In this document: positions 25,142 to 37,699 of the stretch, one piece after another
Numbering within the stretch: the first letter of the stretch is position 1
Layout of the letters: each line of letters opens with the position of its first letter
NCBI GenBank assembly: GCA_965178125.1
Contig: OZ237773.1
Coordinates: 496,001 to 560,000 of the forward strand
From: Bilabrum cf. latius
Lineage: Eukaryota
DNA length: 64,000 nt
Direction: 5' to 3'
Program-made: the position numbers and the translations under genes
Notes under the pieces: generated by a model
The model's input: only the letters and a program-made list of their open reading frames with translations
The model's database searches: none
What the model was told of the DNA's origin: nothing

Positions 25142-26087
25142 ATGCAAGCGCAGGATCCCTATCATACATTCAGCGAGTGAGTTTGGGCGATTGAGCAAAT
25201 TTCATCGTATACTTGCGCGCACTGCATGCTCGGTTCACGATATAGCATTATAAGGTTGCGGAAAACCCGCACCGCAGAGATCTTCAGGAGCGGTTGGAGC
25301 GGCTAAGGGTGGATTTAGGGGACTGGAACTCTCTGTTGACAAGCACGAATACCGCAACAAATGTAGGATTTTAGACAAAAGACAGCAGTGAGTTCAAGAT
25401 ATGGTACAAATATGTACGGCTCTTTAGTAGTTTCCCTTCCACCCATCTACTTGCACCGAATCTGGGCCTAAGCTGCGCGACGTCGCAGCAATCCGGAAGA
25501 GCCTAGGACTTGCCAGGAAGAAGCTGAAGATGGTTAGAGTAACCATCGCTGGGGTTGAAAAGAATAGAGCAAAGTTCGATTACATTGACGACGAAGAGCT
25601 CGAGTCGCGGAAGGAGTTCGTCGATCGGTCCACGGCGCAGCTGGACGAGATCCAGGAGGAGCTGGATGCCCCTTCCTCCAAGCAGAAGCTCGACAGGGAC
25701 AAAAAGGCAGCGGAAAAGGTGCGCTCGCAGACCTCTGCAGACGCGGCTGGCAGCTCCAATCGGTACACGAGGTCGCATGGGCGGTTCATGGGGGACCAGC
25801 GGGAGGCGCAGGCGACGGTGATGCACGACCAGGAGCAGCACCTGGAGGCGATCGAGGGCTCCGTGGTGCGGCTGGAGGAACACGCAAGGGCCATCCACAC
25901 GGAGCTGGGCGAGCAGGACACGCTGATAGACGATCTGGACAAGGACGTGGACGACGCTCAGGGCAACTTGGACAGGGCCATGCAGCTGATCCAGACCCTG
26001 CTGGACACAAAGGACAACTGCACGCTGTGCTCCATCGCAATCCTTGTCATCATCCTGCTCGTGCTGGCCATCGTGGCGTTCTCATGA
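25142..26087 (+). CDS. Syntaxin-6-like Qc-SNARE; 2 introns
   Basis: N-terminal DPY motif, ELESRKEFV, SNARE motif with ELGEQDTLIDDLD, C-terminal TM. TAG at 25372 in exon 2; ends TGA. Confidence 0.85.
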
Positions 26088-26274
26088 GCACTCGGATGGA
26101 TAGCGGGGTGCATGGAACTGGTCCTTGCGGAGGGTGAGTGCCGTTGAGTTATCGTCTGTCCGCGCGTGCCTCGGCTAGGCCACAGCTATTCGAGGCACGG
26201 TTTCGGCGGGTGTGCTTGTCAAGTTGAACTGATGCATGGTAGTCTTCGGTTACAATTCGTCCAAAGCGCTGCAG

Positions 26275-27873
26275 TCAGCCCAGGGCACCCGTCAAGTCCC
26301 GCAGCAGCCCGGCATCTCGTTCATGCAGCACCCTCCGCAGCCCCCCAGCGCCCAACACACTCTGCATGCATGCAGGAGACAGCCGCACCAGCCATGCCCC
26401 TCGCGAGAAGCCAGTCGCAGAGTCCGGCGGCATTCCATCACCACCGCCACTGCCACTGCCACCGCCAGAGGGGCCTCCCTCTCCCACCGCTGACTTGATA
26501 GTCCCCCCAGATTCGCCCGCTGCGCGTGCCCCGTCCAATGGCAGGGGCTCCTCCGTTTCCTCCTCTGCCCCCGCTACTGCGCTGCAATGCCACTGCCGAT
26601 CGAAGAGCAGCGCGCCCACGCCAAGGGCATCCCCGGGCCGATGCAGCGAGCCCAGCGCATCAGCTGGCGCCCTGGGTTCGTCCTGCGTGCAAAGGGACAC
26701 GGAGCCCCTCACCAAAACCAGCATGCCCGGGCTGGGCTGCCACTGCCGCGCAAGCACAGACCCTGGTGCCCCTGTGATGTCAGCGGCGCGGCCTGCCAGC
26801 TGCCTCTTCTCCTCCCGGGAGAGAACATCGAGCCATCTGCAACGACTCAGGGCATGTGCCCGTGCCTGTTCCCTGGCTTGTTCCCTGACCTGGCACACGG
26901 TCGCCCGCACAGCCGCAGGCAGCACCAGCAGCGCGCAGCCCCGCCGGGCCACGATGTGGTGGGCCCACCGGGCCCCGGGCACCCCGCTGCTCCTGCCACT
27001 GAGCACGGAGGGGCCCTCGGTGACGGTGCCGGCCTGCCGTGCCGCCCACTGTGCGGGGGTTGCCAGTGCGGGGACATCCACCTAGTCTGCCCCCCCTGAT
27101 GCTGCTGATTCTGGTGTCGCTGTGCCAGCGCCAGCACCTTCGCTTGCAATGCGCCCTGCGAGCGCACAGGCGAACCCATGACCGATTGCCTCCTCGTTTC
27201 GATGAACCGTAACCCCAACGTCAGCAGCACTGGCACTGGCACTGGCACTGGCACCAGTGCTCGGTTCGCCAGCCCCTGCATCTGCCCCTGCATCTGTTCT
27301 CGGTACTGAGGCGCGAGGCAGCTTGCCAACCGCCACGACCTGGCCTTCTAGCAGCGCAATTGCCTGCACGGGCTCCCCCGCAACAGCCAGGACGGTGCCG
27401 GCAGGACAACGAGCCAGCAGCGAGCGTCGCCAGCAAGACTCAAAATCCCATGGGTGAACACCTAGGCCCCTGTCCCCGGACCACGCATGCGAATGCCGGC
27501 TCTAGCAGCCCTCCAATTGAATCGACAACCGCTACAGCTATCCCGCAGTTGGGGTTATGGCACTACGCACCACCGGCAAATTGCAGACGACGCCTGCTGG
27601 CCTCCTCGCGGACACTGCCGGCTGACTGGTGGGAGGCGATTGTTGTTCTCCCCGCAAGTCCTCCTCATCAGAACTGTATGAATGCTCAATAATCGAACGA
27701 AAACGGGCCTAGGAACCTCCACTGAGCTCGGGGTACCGTTGTTGCAAGTATCGTATAATAAAACGTACAGGGTTTCGAGGTTTCTCTGAGCACAGCGACA
27801 CAACAATATCATCAAACAGCTGATGGATGCCGTGGCTCGCTAAATACTACTAGATTACCTTGGATGAGCTCAT
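26275..27873 (-). CDS. PKA regulatory-subunit-like protein (D/D domain plus degenerate cNMP-binding domains), 532 aa
   Basis: MSSSKVI(TAG)(TAG)YLASHGIHQLFDDIVVSLCSEKPRNPVRFIIRYL is a docking/dimerisation motif; cNMP-like IALLEGQV and LVLVRGSV...GDALGVGALL. Seven TAGs in one frame; ends TGA. Confidence 0.7.
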
Positions 27874-27981
27874 TGGAACGCCTTTATGGGCCTCAAACGG
27901 ATAGATCCAAGACTGCTGCAGCGCAGGGGTGATGAGTGCATCAAGCAACTGCAGTTTGTGCATTACCCATCCATCATTTAC

Positions 27982-29313
27982 ATGTCGGATGGGAACGATG
28001 ACTTAATTAGCATAAGTCGGTCGAGGCAACTATTGGGAGCCCTTGAATTGCGGCCAAACGAGCACGAATTCGATGATGCACCCGAGGAATCTGGGAAATC
28101 ATCAGCCAATACCCCGTGGTGGCGGAGCAGCATTATGTATTATGCCGCAGGAATAGGAGCTTTTGTATTCATTATTGCCGTGGTAGTCGGTTGGATCGCG
28201 ACTATGAAACGCTGGGACAAATAGGAAGAGATTTTCAGCTCATCATTTGCGACACCGCAAGACTCATTCACGTCTGGAATAGAGGGAGCCGTAGTTGGCA
28301 GCGACGGTGTACCGTATGCTTGCGATGCAGCTTCTGTTGAGGAAGCGAACCTTGCGAGAATAGATCCGTCATCTGGCGCCATCCACGTCGTGTTCAAATT
28401 TCCAACGGGAGGCGGCTGTGTGGGGGCCCGATACCGTGAGATTGGCGGTGTGTTGGCCGGCGAGTCCGCATCAAGGTCTATAAATGCGACTGCTTCGCAA
28501 ACGAGCTGGGGTGATCTGATATTGACAGACTACAAGCACCACACGCTGCTCCTGGTCGACACATCCCTGCCTCCGCCGTGGAGCTCCCGCGTGGTGCTGG
28601 AGGGCCCCTTCACTCAGCCAAACGATCTGGCCATGACGCCGGGGGGACGCTTCGTGTTCTTAAGCGACCCAAATTTCCCTGCCAGCAGCGGCAGGATCTG
28701 GCGCGCTCGCTGGGACGGCTCGAGCTCCTCCTTCGTTGACCTCCAGCTGGTGGCTAGCGAGGGACTGACCACAGCCAACGGGATTGAGATTCTGGACACG
28801 AGTGGGGATGGAGGGTCAGGGGAAGAGGTGTCGTGGACGCTGGTGGCCAGCGAGAGCGCCGCGCAGGTGATCAGGCAGTGGCCCATTGACCCCAATACGG
28901 GGTCACTTGGGAGCCCCTCGGTGCTGCTGGACCTGTCCACCGCCAAGCCGAGCTTTGACTTTGATGGGATGCGAGCTACCACGGACGGTGTGCTGTACGT
29001 GACGATGAATGCGGGTGGGGGCCGTGTGCTGGCGATCACACCGCAGGGGCAGGTGCTGTGCGAGATAGACGCGCTGGGCGCGGGACCCTCCAACATCGCG
29101 TTCGGCGGCAGCGACGGGCGGACTGCATTCGTCACGCAGGTCAAGGGGGGTAGGGTCGTGCAGTTCCGGGTACCGCACGAGGGGTCCGCGTTCGCCCGCA
29201 TGCACGGCCGGGCGTCGTGGGACCCACGCAAGCAAGCACAGCAGGGGCAGCGCAAGTGGATGGACTGCAGACTCAAAACCGAGCAGATCTACACGTCTCA
29301 AGTGGCGAAGTGA
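27982..29313 (+). CDS. Membrane-anchored SMP-30/gluconolactonase family protein
   Basis: N-terminal TM, then GIEG, PNDL, ANGIE, FDGMR and PSNIAFGGSDGRTAFVT. TAG at 28222; ends TGA. Alternative start 27886. Confidence 0.85.
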
Positions 29314-29487
29314 CGGGGGTAGTGTTTCGTTCTATTCGTATTGAATGGATCGCGTGTTGGTTTCATGTTCGATTCATGTTTTTTGTTTATTCCACCTTGC
29401 ACATCCCAGACTCCTATTTTGAAGCACGCAAATCACTACACCCGTGTCAAGCAGATTGAACCTAAAGACAAGGGACTGTTCATGGAT

Positions 29488-32400
29488 TCAGTTGTCCACT
29501 TCCGGGATCATCTCATCCAGCTCCTGCTCCAGCTGCCTCATCTCCGCGGAGGAGGGCCGCAGGCTAGGCCCGTGTGCAGCCCGCTAGGCCCTAGACGAGG
29601 CCAGCGGGCGGGGCCGCCGCTGCACCGGGCTGCTCAGCGGCGTGGTGGAGGGACGTCCCGCTGCCGGACCACTCACTGCTTCCGCTGCCTCTGCGGCGCT
29701 GGCCATCCCCTCTAGCGCGAAGCTGTCGTCCAGCGACACCCCCCTCCCACCCCCACTGCCACTACCAGACTCGCTATCACCCGATTTCGAGAAGCCCCCC
29801 ACCCCTCCCCTAGGCCCCTGCCCCGCCAAGGCAGCGAGTAGATCAGCCTCGAGCGCACCTGCTCTCCGCCGGGCCTGCGACGGAGACAGCCACCGGTGGC
29901 GGGGCCTAGAGCGGCGGCTGTCCCCAGCATTAGCACCCGCAATTGCGCCCAAATTGGCACAGCCCGAATGCGCAGCATCACCGGCACGGCTATCCGCGCC
30001 TGGCTCCAGACCTTGCCCTTGGCCTTGTCCTTGGCCTTGTCCTTGGCCTTGCCCTTGCCCCCGCCACTGACCCCGCTCGCGGTCGATGCTACCAACGGAA
30101 GCTGTCACGCTGGCTCGACTGGAGAGATGTGGGCGGTTCGCACCTCCGTGCAGTGCACCCGCGCCCCCGCCCCACCTGCGGTCGGCATGCTCTCGGGCTC
30201 TGTCCCCGTCTCCGGCAAGCAGCCCCGGCCCCATGCCTGTCCCTGTCGCATCACCATACGGAGGGATTTCCCACGGGAGCCTGCTGTGCCTGTCCATCAC
30301 TCCCCCCGGGCGCAGTCTCAGCGCTGCCTCCCCCAGCACCTGCACCGGGGAAGCGGGTGTATCCGTGTCAAATGCAGCCGAAAGCATGGCCATGTCCTCC
30401 GGAGACAGCCACGAGGCAGGGGCGGACACACCCCCACCCAGGTCCTCTCCCCCTCCCTCTCCCTCTCCCTCCTCCCGGCCCCCCTCCAGTTCCACATCTC
30501 CATCGCTGAGAGCATCCCCGCGAGCCCCTTCACCTCCATCGCGGCCCCCCCCCTCCCCCTCCCTATCCATCTCCCCGCCTTGCTCCCGACTGGACCTTCC
30601 GCTGCTGCCAGTCGCGAACCTCACGTGGAAGTCCGCCCTCTTCCTCCGCTGGATGGCAGAGGAGGCGCTGGACCTGGACATGGACATGGCAGAGGGGGCT
30701 CGGGAGGATGCGCTGCCCTCGTGGCCTTGACCTTGACCTTGACCTTGACCATGTTCAAGCGCCTTACCATCCTATTCATCCTCGTTTCCTGCTTCGGCCC
30801 CGCGCTCCTCGTGCTAGCTGCGATCCACCCTTCGCATGTCCCCGTCCCCCGAGGACCCGGAGTCCCCTTCAGTGAGGACACCCCCCCACCCCGATCCAGC
30901 CTGGTACATCGCAGCGGCCAGATGAGGAGGCTGCCCCACGTCATCGGCAGCCCCTCGGTCCACTGGGTCGAAGGCCAATCGGCCCCTGCCCCCCCCTGCA
31001 GGTCTTCCTGGCGGCCCCTGCAGCCCTCGAGGCACCGGGTGTCCATCCTCCGCACCGCCATCCCGGCTGTCGTCACCGTGTCCCGAGTTCGAGTCGCTGT
31101 CGCTGTCACTGTCGGTGGCCTCGTCATCATTACCACCCTTGTCTTCATCTTCATCTTCGTCATCGTCATCGTCCTCAAGAGCGTCACCATGGGACCCAGC
31201 AGCCCCCACTGAGGTCCTCCCGTCCTCGTCCTCGCCCTCGCTGTCCTGCTCCCGGTCCGCAACGGTGGGCAGCAGCCCGACGATGCCCCCTGCAACCGAG
31301 CCCCCCTTCTCCTTCTCGCTGCCCCCCACGTCCACCCGTCCACCATGACCTCTCCTGGCCCCACCGGCCCTCCCCATCGCGCCGGTCTTCGTGCCCTGCT
31401 TGCGGCGCTTCTACGCGAAAGCAGCAGCTGACCCCGTGCCCCGGCGCGGCCTCCACCCGAACCGAGGCCGAGTGCCTGTGGTGGCGGAGGCGCCTCCCCC
31501 GCTGCCACTGCCGGGGGCTGGTACCTCGCGCCCTGCCCCGGAACCCGCCCTGCCAGCCACACCGGTCTATGCGACTCCTGCCTGTCTATCCTCTTCCCCC
31601 CCCCTCCCCTCCTCGTCGTCGTGTCCCTCTCCACCTGGGCCCGACCCAGCGCTCAGGCCCTCGCTGAAGGACCGGGGCCTTCGCCTCTATCCCCGCCCAA
31701 TCCCACGACCCGCCCTTGCCCTTGCCCTTGCCTGCGCCGCAACCACAGAGGCAGATGGACCCACATCATAGTCCGTGTCTGCGTCAGTCGGTACATCGCT
31801 CTCCCCGTCGTGATGGTGCTCCTGATTTCTACCCCTCTCATGGCGCATGCCCTCACTCGCTGGCACACCGTCCAGCTCCTATCCGATGCCTTCACCCTCC
31901 GCCTCCACCTCACGGATGCGTCTCCCGCGACCCACGTCTGCATCGCCCACCACCCCAACCACGCTGCCACTCGCGCTCCCATTCCCACGCACGGGCTGGT
32001 GCGGGCCGGGGTCTCTCAACCGGTGTGACGAGTGCTACGCAGAGTCCCACCGGATCCCCCGCATCCTGCCACCTCCACCGGCGATGCCAGCCGGGGATAG
32101 ATCCACGCCCCCCTCATTCTCACCACCATTGCCATCTTCCACATCCTCCTCGCGCGCGCTGCCCTGTAGCCCAGGACCGCCCGCTGCCCCGGGCATCTGC
32201 CGCAGGGACGGTGACGGTGGCCTGGCCACCACAGAGGCCACCTCCACGTGTGACGCATCGTCCGCCACATCCCCCTCGACGTCCCCTCCTCCATCGCTGG
32301 TCCCCGCACCCGCCCGGGGCACACTCCCCACAGATGCTGCCTCCCGCCGGCTCCCCACAGCGGGCGAGAGAGCACCCCCCCCCTCACGGGACCCTCCACT

Positions 32401-33456
32401 CCCCCCCCTCTCTTCCATCCCATTCCCAGTGCCCGGATCCCCCGCATGGGTCCCCGCCGCAGACCGACTCCCCTCTGTCCTCGTCCCCAGCGTGGACCTG
32501 TCCCCGGCACTGGAGGCACCCCCCGCAGACCGCGCCCCTCCCCGGACACCCCCACCCCCTCGCGATCGAGGTGCAGGACGAGGAGGATCCACCCCCGCCA
32601 CTCCCAGGCCGGGCCCACGGACCACGCCTGGCCGCCGCCCCCCTCGCCCGGGTTCATCCACCCCGCCCCCCGCCCTCTGCCCCGCCCGCCCCCGCTGCTC
32701 CTCTGGGTCCCCTTCATCGCGCTCCCCCGCGCGGATCCCCGTCGCGTCCAGCAGCCCCCCCGCGCTCACCACCGGAGGCCGCACGCCGCCCCGCCCCGAG
32801 AGCGCCTCCATCCTCGCCGATGCGTCCTCCTCGTCGTCTCCGTCCACGGCCAGAGTGGAGCCCGCGTACTGAGAGCTGGCGCTGCCGCTGCCGGCGCGCC
32901 CAACAAGTGCAGTGCTCGGCTGGCCAAGGTCAGGATGTGCCCCTTCCTCGAGTTCACGAGCGGCTTCGGAAGCGTCATCATCGCCGTCTGTGGAAGGGGC
33001 TAGGACGGATCGGTCCCCCGCTGTGACCGCCACCGATGATGCGCTGCCGATGCCTCGACGCGATGCCTCGAAACCCTCATCGCCGCCAGGATCGGACGAA
33101 TCGTCCTCGAAGCCGACAGAGCTCTGGCCAACACTATTTGGTTGCGTAGACCACCGCCCGCTTACAGGCACGCGGCCATTCACGGGCGGCTCGGGGTTGC
33201 TTCGGAGCGCCCTGGACCTGGCTCGGAGAAGCCCGCTGAGGGTTCGATTTTCTGGGCCACTCAAACGGGCAGATGGTGGCATACGACTTGCATTTCTGGA
33301 CGGCTGTCGCCCGTCAGTGCTTTGGATTGCATCACCAGAGCCAATCGAAGAGATTGTTGCGCCTAGCTCTGAAAAGGCGGAGGCTGAAACATGCCCACTG
33401 CGGTGGAGATCACGAAGCTTCGAAAGCAGGTCACTCAGCTAAATATTTTCATCCAT
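29488..33456 (-). CDS. Uncharacterised low-complexity Gly/Arg/Asp-rich protein, 1322 aa
   Basis: One frame from ATG 33456 to TGA 29488-29490, interrupted only by 9 TAGs; head-to-head with CCT8. No recognisable domain. Confidence 0.6.
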
Positions 33457-33602
33457 TGCGAAGTGGCACCTCGCTCGGCCACCCCCACGGCCGACAGTAA
33501 ACCGTGGAGCGACCCAAGCCCGCTCTTGGTTCCGCTAGATTGCGCGGCAACAGTTCGAAATCATGCGCGCCGGCCGCATACTCGGCTTCGCGTGATAGCA
33601 CC

Positions 33603-35466
33603 ATGGCGGGCAAGATGCGCATGGGAATGAGATAGCCCGGTATGACCGGATTGTTGAAGGATGGGTACAAGCACATGGAAGGACTGGAAGGTGCCATCTT
33701 GAAGAATGTAGAGGCGTGCAAGAAGCTGTCTGGCATTACCCGGACCTCCTTGGGACCAAACGGGATGAACAAGCTGGTGATCAACCACTTGGAAAAAATA
33801 TTTGTTACGAGTGATGCGGCAACTATTGTGCAGGAGCTGGAAGTGCAGCACCCCGCAGCGAAAATGTTGGTCATGGCAGCACAGATGTAGGAAAACGAGG
33901 TGAGATACACGGCTCAGCGGGTTTCCCGAGGTGTGCGGCGCGCGCCCGCACGGGCCTATTCAATACGCCATCTTGCCAAGCACCATACATTTGAGTGACG
34001 CAGGTAGGTGATGGCGCGAACCTTGTGGTCACGTTTGCTGGCGAGTTGCTTTCTCAAACCGACGAGCTTCTTCGAATGGTGAGCTAAACCAAGCATGAGG
34101 AACCACTGCATGCACCGTGCGAACTTGTGCCTGTCACACCGCCTTCTATGTTACGAGTCTGCCTATATTATCCCTGCAGGGAGTGCACCCCAGCGACGTT
34201 GTGACTGGATACCGGGCGGCTGCCGCCAAAGTCATGGAGCTGCTCCCGTCCCTCAGCACAGTTGATCTCGGGGAGGACGACGTCAGGGATCCTGCCAAGC
34301 TGGCCGTCCCGTTGCGCAGCGTGATCGCCGCCAAGCAGCTGGGCCTGGAGGGCGTGGTGGCGCCCCTGGTGGCGCAGGCATGCGTGAACGTGATGCCGGC
34401 CAAGCCCCGCAAGCCGTCGATCAACATCGACAACGTGCGCGTGGCGAAGATCGTCGGCGGCAACGTGCGGGACAGCCAGGTGGTCCGCGGCATGGTGGTG
34501 CTTCGGGACGCGGAGGGCACGATCAAGCACGTGGAGGGTGCCAAGGTGGCCGTGTTCGGGGTGGGGCTGGAGGCCTCCGAGACGGAAACCAAGGGGACGG
34601 TGGTGCTCAAGTCCGCGGAGGAGCTCAAGAGCTACACGGACGGCGAGGAGGCGCGCATGGAGGCCTCCATCAAGGCCATCGCGGACTCGGGGGCCACAGT
34701 CGTGGTGAGCGGGGGCAGCATCAGCGAGATCGCGCTGCACTACATCGAAAAGTTCGGTCTCATGGCGCTCAAGATCGTGTCCAAGTTCGAGCTGAGGAGG
34801 CTCTGCAGGGCCACTGGAGCCACCGCGCTGGTCAAGCTGGAGGCACCCACGGAGGCGGACCTGGGGCGGGCGGACGTGGTGTCGGTGCAGGAGCTGTCTG
34901 GGAGGAGGGTGGTGGTGGTGCGGCAGGACGACGAGGAGAGCGCCATCAGCACCATCGTGCTGCGAGGCGCGACCACCAGTCTGCTGGATGACCTCGAGAG
35001 GTCTGTGGACGGGGCCGTGAACGCCGCTAGAAACCTGTGCAGGGACGGGCGCTCCCTCCCAGGCGCGGGTGCCACCGAGACCGCGCTGGCCCTCAAGCTG
35101 GCCGAGTTCGCGGGCACCAAGACGGGCCTGGAGCAGTACGCCATCACCAAGTTCGCCGATGCGCTCGAGGTGGTGCCCCGCACCCTGGCCGAGAACTCCG
35201 GCCGGTCTGCCACGGAGACCATGAGCCGATTGTTCGCGGAGCACACGGCGGGCAAGGGGGCCCAGGGCGTGCTCATCGACCCTGAGTCGGCGGAGGCCAC
35301 TGTGGACACGGAGGAGGAGGCCATCCACGACGGGTATGCCGCCAAGGAGAGCGCGCTCAAGCTTGCGGCTGACGCTGCTATCACTGTGCTGCGAGTCGAC
35401 CACATCATCATGAGCAAGCAGGCGGGCGGACCCAAGCCCAGGGCTCCGGGGCCGCCCGACATGTGA
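33603..35466 (+). CDS. CCT8: Chaperonin CCT theta; exons 33603-33899, 34004-34078, 34180-35466
   Basis: TRTSLGPNGMNKLVINHLEKIFVTSDAATI, MAAQM(TAG 33888)ENE|VGDGAN, SKFELRRLCR, VDHIIMSKQAGGPK. Second TAG at 33633; ends TGA. Confidence 0.97.
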
Positions 35467-35682
35467 GCGCCTGGACGCGGCCTATCTTGGCCTCATATTG
35501 GAGAGAGGGAGGGAGCATGCCTCTGCATGTTCGTTGCAGTGTGATGAGTGAGGTGCCAAAACAAGATGAATGCAGAATGCAGAATGCAGAATCGGCTGAA
35601 ATAACGATCATGCATAAAATCACCGTATTTGTCTCTCTCTCCCATCGGATGACTGAAGCTAGCTCCGCCCTTGAACACCCCT

Positions 35683-35860
35683 GGGCACCTGCCTCCCCGG
35701 AGCGAGAGAGCTCAGTTGCCCTCCATGGGCACCTGCCTCCCAGGAGCGAGAGAGCTCAGTTGCCCTCCATGGGCACCTGCCTTCCAGGAGCGAGAGAGCT
35801 CAGTTGCCCTCCATGGGCACCTGCCTCCCAGGAGCGAGAGAGCTCAGTTGCCCTCCATGG
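35683..35860. repeat. Tandem repeat, 4 x 44 bp, overlapping the HGD stop codon
   Basis: Unit gggcacctgcctcccaggagcgagagagctcagttgccctccat starts at 35683, 35727, 35771 and 35815. Confidence 0.95.
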
Positions 35861-37594
35861 GGTACGAGGCCTCCATGCCGGCAGACGCGGAGGAGGAGGA
35901 GGCAGGCACTGCGTCTGCCTTTGTCAGCGGCACTGCCACCACCCCGCTGGCACCGCCAGTAGCTGCCCCAGCACTGCTGCTGCTGCTAGAGGCCTTGGCT
36001 GCCTCCTTGACGTCAACGACCTTGACGTCAGGCGCGGCGGGGTTGAAGAGCTTGGGCACGGCAGCCCAGCACTTGGGGTAATCCATCTCCCTCTCGGGTG
36101 CCTCCAGGGCCCGCTTGGTGAGGGTCATGATGTACGTGGTCTCGAACATGAATGCGAGGCCACCAGAGAACCACTCGGGCTCGAGCTTAGCCTTCGAGGC
36201 ACCAGCGAATGTGGGCGCGTCCGGGCCATGGGCCGACATGCACGAGTGCAGGGAGGAGCCCCCGGGCACGAAGCCCACCTTAGCGTCGTACTTGCCGTAG
36301 ATCATGCCCATGTACTCCGTCATGCAGTTGCGGTGGTAGTACGGGGGCCTGAAGGACCGGTGCATGGCCATCCAACGGGGAGGAAAAATCACGAAATCCG
36401 CCACTGCCACGCCCGGTGTGTCGCTCTAGCACGTGAGCACCGTGTAGATGGACGGGTCCGGGTGGTCCACCGTGACGCTGTTCATGCACACGAATGCCTC
36501 CAGGTCGTACTTGTATGGGACGTAGTTGCCGTGCCAGGCCACGACATCGTAGGGAGAGTGCCCCTGCGTGTACCGGAACATCTTTCCTCCGAACTTGACC
36601 CTCACGGCCCACTCCACGCCCTCCCCGTCCTCGTCCTCGAAGCTCGCCACGGGGGTCAAAAAGTCCCTGGGCTGGGCCAGCCCGTTGGCACCGATGGGCC
36701 CCAGGTCGGGCAGCTGCAGGTGCCCCTGGTGGATCTCCAGCACGTACCCGCGGGAGGGCCCGTCCACGTCGATGGAGAAACGCATGCCCCGGGGCAAAAT
36801 CAGAATCTCCCTCGGCTTCACGTGCAGCCGGCCCGTCTCAGTCGTCACACGGAGGTCGCCCGTCTACGGGACCACCAGCATGTCTCCGTCCGAGTTGTAG
36901 AAGGAGCGCTTTTGAGGGGTCATGGAGGCTGCGCATGCGTACAAGTACACAGCCAGCCCCGACTTTGCCTTGGCAGACCCCGCCCCTGCCATGGCCGACA
37001 GGCCCTGGATGAAGTCCACCTTGGCATCGCTGGCGGGCAGAGCCTGCGGCTGCCAGCGCATGCGCTCCGGATGCACAGCCTCGCTCTCAAAATCGGCACA
37101 AATCCCATCGTGCTTGTCCTCCACCATGGGCCCGTGGCACACGCTGGGGCGGATGCGATACAGCCAGACTCTCTAGTTGCTCTTGCGAGGCGCCGTGAAA
37201 GCTGTGCCCGACAGCTGCTCCGAGTAAAGCCCGTAGGCGCACTGCGATTTTTATTTAAGCTCAATGAGAAGTACACAAAGTCCAGAACATTGATGGCGTG
37301 GGTTTCCTACAGCGTTCGAGAGTGCTGTGACTTGGTGTTGATTGCTGCACATCTTACAACTTGTGGGCTGTTCTAAGCTTTGGGAAGCGCGCCAGGGAGT
37401 GCCTCCGAGGCGTGCTCATTCCCAAAGCCAGAAATATACTTCAGACCGCCGTCTGTAACGTGGCCGCCATCTCTGGTCTCCCGTCCCCTGGAAACACCGG
37501 CTGCTGCTGACAGAGCGCCCGTTTTCTCCGGAGCTTCCGTCATCTCGACGCGTGCCCGCTTCGCTGGTAGCTCTCCTGCTCCACTAGCTGCCAT
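35844..37594 (-). CDS. HGD: Homogentisate 1,2-dioxygenase; intron 37242-37357
   Basis: YISGFGNEHASEALPG, EQLSGTAFTAPR, WLYRIRPSV, VVAWHGNYVPYKYDL, DFVIFPPRW, FRPPYYHRNCMTEYMG, LAFMFET. TAGs at 37373, 37173, 36864 and 36426; ends TGA. Confidence 0.97.
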
Positions 37595-37699
37595 ACTGTA
37601 AGGAAACAATGAGCAAAAGAAGCTGGAACAACCAGAAACTGCAAGATTCGACGAACACCTGGCCAAGCCGCCAAACTGCACGTTATAAAAATCGAATGT

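Noticed and set aside
35463-37376. Long antisense ORFs (637 aa here; also 18047-19780, 29896-31212, 50197-51450)
   Set aside because: Shadow frames of GC-rich genes on the opposite strand, with no recognisable motifs.
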